Part shown: in pieces, positions 61,801-64,000 of the stretch
Numbering within the stretch: position 1 is the stretch's first letter
Layout of the letters: every line of letters begins with the position of its first letter
DNA from: Okamejei kenojei
Lineage: Eukaryota
DNA length: 64,000 nt
NCBI GenBank assembly: GCA_035221665.1
Contig: CM069138.1
Coordinates: forward strand, 73,532,001-73,596,000
Direction: 5' to 3'
Made by a program: the position numbers and the translations under genes
Notes under the pieces: generated by a model
What the model saw: only the letters and a program-made list of their open reading frames with translations
Told to the model about the DNA's origin: nothing
Database searches by the model: none

Positions 61801-63715
61801 CTCCCAAGCATCAATCTTTCTAAAGTTTTAATGGGGATGTTAAGCGAAGTGTGATCCTGGCCGCGCTGCGTGCGCTTAGACCGGATTGCTGTGTGCAGCA
61901 TGTTTCCCAGATCAATTCATTCCTTTTAAACGGAGATCTTTATCGTGATTAGAAAACAAGCTTTTGCAGATTCTATAATACTCCATATTATAATTTTGTA
62001 AACAAAAAGAAAATATGCGTACCAGCAATGGACAATACCTTTTGTTTGGAGAGAATAAACTGTTTCGTCTCTGGAGGGCGTTCAATTTGATATATCGTGA
62101 TTTTCATTGGGATCTGATGGCAGGCTCTCTTCATAAGGCGAGACGCTGCTGAGCCCTTGTAAGACGCTGCACCTGCCCTAGACACAGCACACCTGTCTGT
62201 CGGTGCCCATGCGCACTGTCCGATTACTGCCAACACCATTCAACACCCCTCACCATCCTGAAACTTCGCCTTTTTGAAAGAAAACAATCTGCCTTGAAGT
62301 GCTTTACCAGTTCACTTTCAGCCGGGGTCTGGCGTTTGAAGGGAGGGGGGGGGGGGGAGGAGGGTGAACCTTCAGGAAAACATTAGCAAGGCGATCCTTC
62401 CGTTGCTGCGCCTGTGTTTCAGGCATCCAGCAGCTGGCTGGGTAAACATCAATTTCGGGAACAATGTACAAGACACGCGGGGATGCCAGCGACTTTGAAT
62501 TGTCTGTAAACAATTAAAAGGCAAATCCTAAAAAGGCCACAGTCACGGGAGGACAGACTCAGATCTCCACCAAGCTCAAAGTAAAGAAAGCAATGCGCAA
62601 ATAAAGAAGGGCAGCACCGGCAACAACCGTTTTGGGGTTGTTTTAATGAAACCACAAAACTACGTTCCCAAGATTCGCGATGCTGCAAAATTCACTTTCA
62701 GAAAGTTGATTTCACTTTCCCGGTAAGGCCAATGCATTTCTCTCCCTCCTCTCCAAGTAATCTACAACCTGCTTGCATTAACACAAAATGCACCTTTTTT
62801 TCCGCACACATCATCATTCCAACTGCTTCCAAACGCAGCTTCCAATTATATGTTGTTTACTGTTAATCAATCCTTGCCAATGCAAAGCCGACCGACCATT
62901 CGATCTGACAGCGCACCTCCACGTTAAGTACAATCAAGAGCGAGGTCGGAGTTTCGTGCGTTATTACTATGAACACAAGATTAATTCCCTGAGATTTCAG
63001 AACAGAACAGAATAGAACAAGGGGGAATTGTTGACAAAGGACACCTTGTGACGACAACTTCTTTGTCCATATCTGACCATCAATACAGCCGCCTTGTGAC
63101 CATGTATGTGTATGTGGGGGGTGGGGGGGGGGGGGGGGGATGAGGGGGCTGGGGAAGAGATAGGAGCAAATACTACAACCAACATGACCGTGCACTTTAG
63201 AATACCTTTAATTGAATTATTATTTATATTAAAGTTTCAAGAAGAGACCAGCGAGAGCACAATGCAAGACGAACCCAACTGCACAATAGCACGTTTATTA
63301 ACTAAATTATATCCCAAAAGAAGGCAAACTGAAACTAACACATCTGCACTAGATCTGGGGGGGGGGGGGGGAAGAAAGTATCCACACAAATGAAAAACAA
63401 ATCCGTTGCATGATGAGACACGAAATACCTAGGATACTACACTTGACTAAAGACAAAGAGGCAGCAGATTATGGGACAAAAGAGTACAATGCAATATTTG
63501 GAAAACAAGCAGCGTATTGTGTACAAAACAAAAAGGGGTTAGAAATACTTCTCCACTCTTCCTCTCTTTCCAAAACACACATGGAAATGTAAGTTAAAAA
63601 AAAAATAAAACCCTCTGCAGGTATGGGAGCGAGCTGCAAGCAGCCAGTAAAGTTTCTGAAGGACGTAGTAGGGAGGAGAGAAAAAAAAAGGTAAGCAAGG
63701 AGCGAGGTTACTTAC

Positions 63716-63930
63716 TGTGCTTGTAGTGTGAGTGGGCTGCGAGGAGCAGAGCTTGCAGCTTGCAGCTTGCGGCTTGCAGGCAGGCAGGAGGGAGAGGGGG
63801 CAGAGATGGTGAGGGCTGTATACCTCCAGGAGGCAGGGCTTGGCGCCGCCTTCCTCTCTCGCTCTGCCCCTGATTGTTCATGCAGCGCGAGCCGCCGAAG
63901 ATGCACTTCAAGACGCGGGGAAGGAAACAG
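63716..63930 (-). other. PROX1: Probable non-coding exon 1 of PROX1 (5' end uncertain)
   Basis: GC-rich segment ending at GCACA|GTAAGT (GT at 63715-63714), about 4.8 kb upstream of exon 2. Vertebrate PROX1 has a non-coding first exon. The TSS cannot be determined from sequence alone. Confidence 0.55.
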
Positions 63931-64000
63931 GAAGAACGCGCGTCATAGTCTTTGTGACGTCGCCCCCCCCCCCCCCCCCCCCCTCTCTCCCCTCCCCTCC
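63840..64000 (-). promoter_or_regulatory. CpG-rich promoter-like region of PROX1
   Basis: High CpG density in an otherwise CpG-poor window. Contains a CRE-like TGACGTCG (63955-63962), a second TGACG half-site near 63941-63945, clustered GGAA motifs and a C-tract. Confidence 0.55.

Overview
Eukaryotic (vertebrate) genomic DNA. The repeat content (CR1, Rex1/Babar, V-SINE/HE1-like, Penelope) suggests a cartilaginous fish such as a skate or ray; this is inference. The window holds most of a PROX1 (prospero homeobox 1) gene on the minus strand: a probable non-coding exon 1 and CpG-rich promoter at the right end, exon 2 (58898-57119, ATG at 58831), exon 3 (48058-47951) and exon 4 (38244-38050). I could not find the last coding exon, so the left 38 kb is probably intron 4. 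Highlights: (1) intron 2 is a 9,060-nt minor-spliceosome (U12) AT-AC intron with a consensus donor and branch site, plus possible nested GT-AG sites that recall the Drosophila prospero twintron; (2) many short Penelope-derived inserts carry a minimal hammerhead-ribozyme-like core (CTGAAGA-A-stem-GAAACGTY), two with exact target-site duplications and one as a fold-back; (3) uORFs in the PROX1 5' UTR; (4) several palindromic or MITE-like elements and nested retroelement insertions. There are three N gaps. Repeat boundaries are approximate unless a TSD or TIR is quoted.
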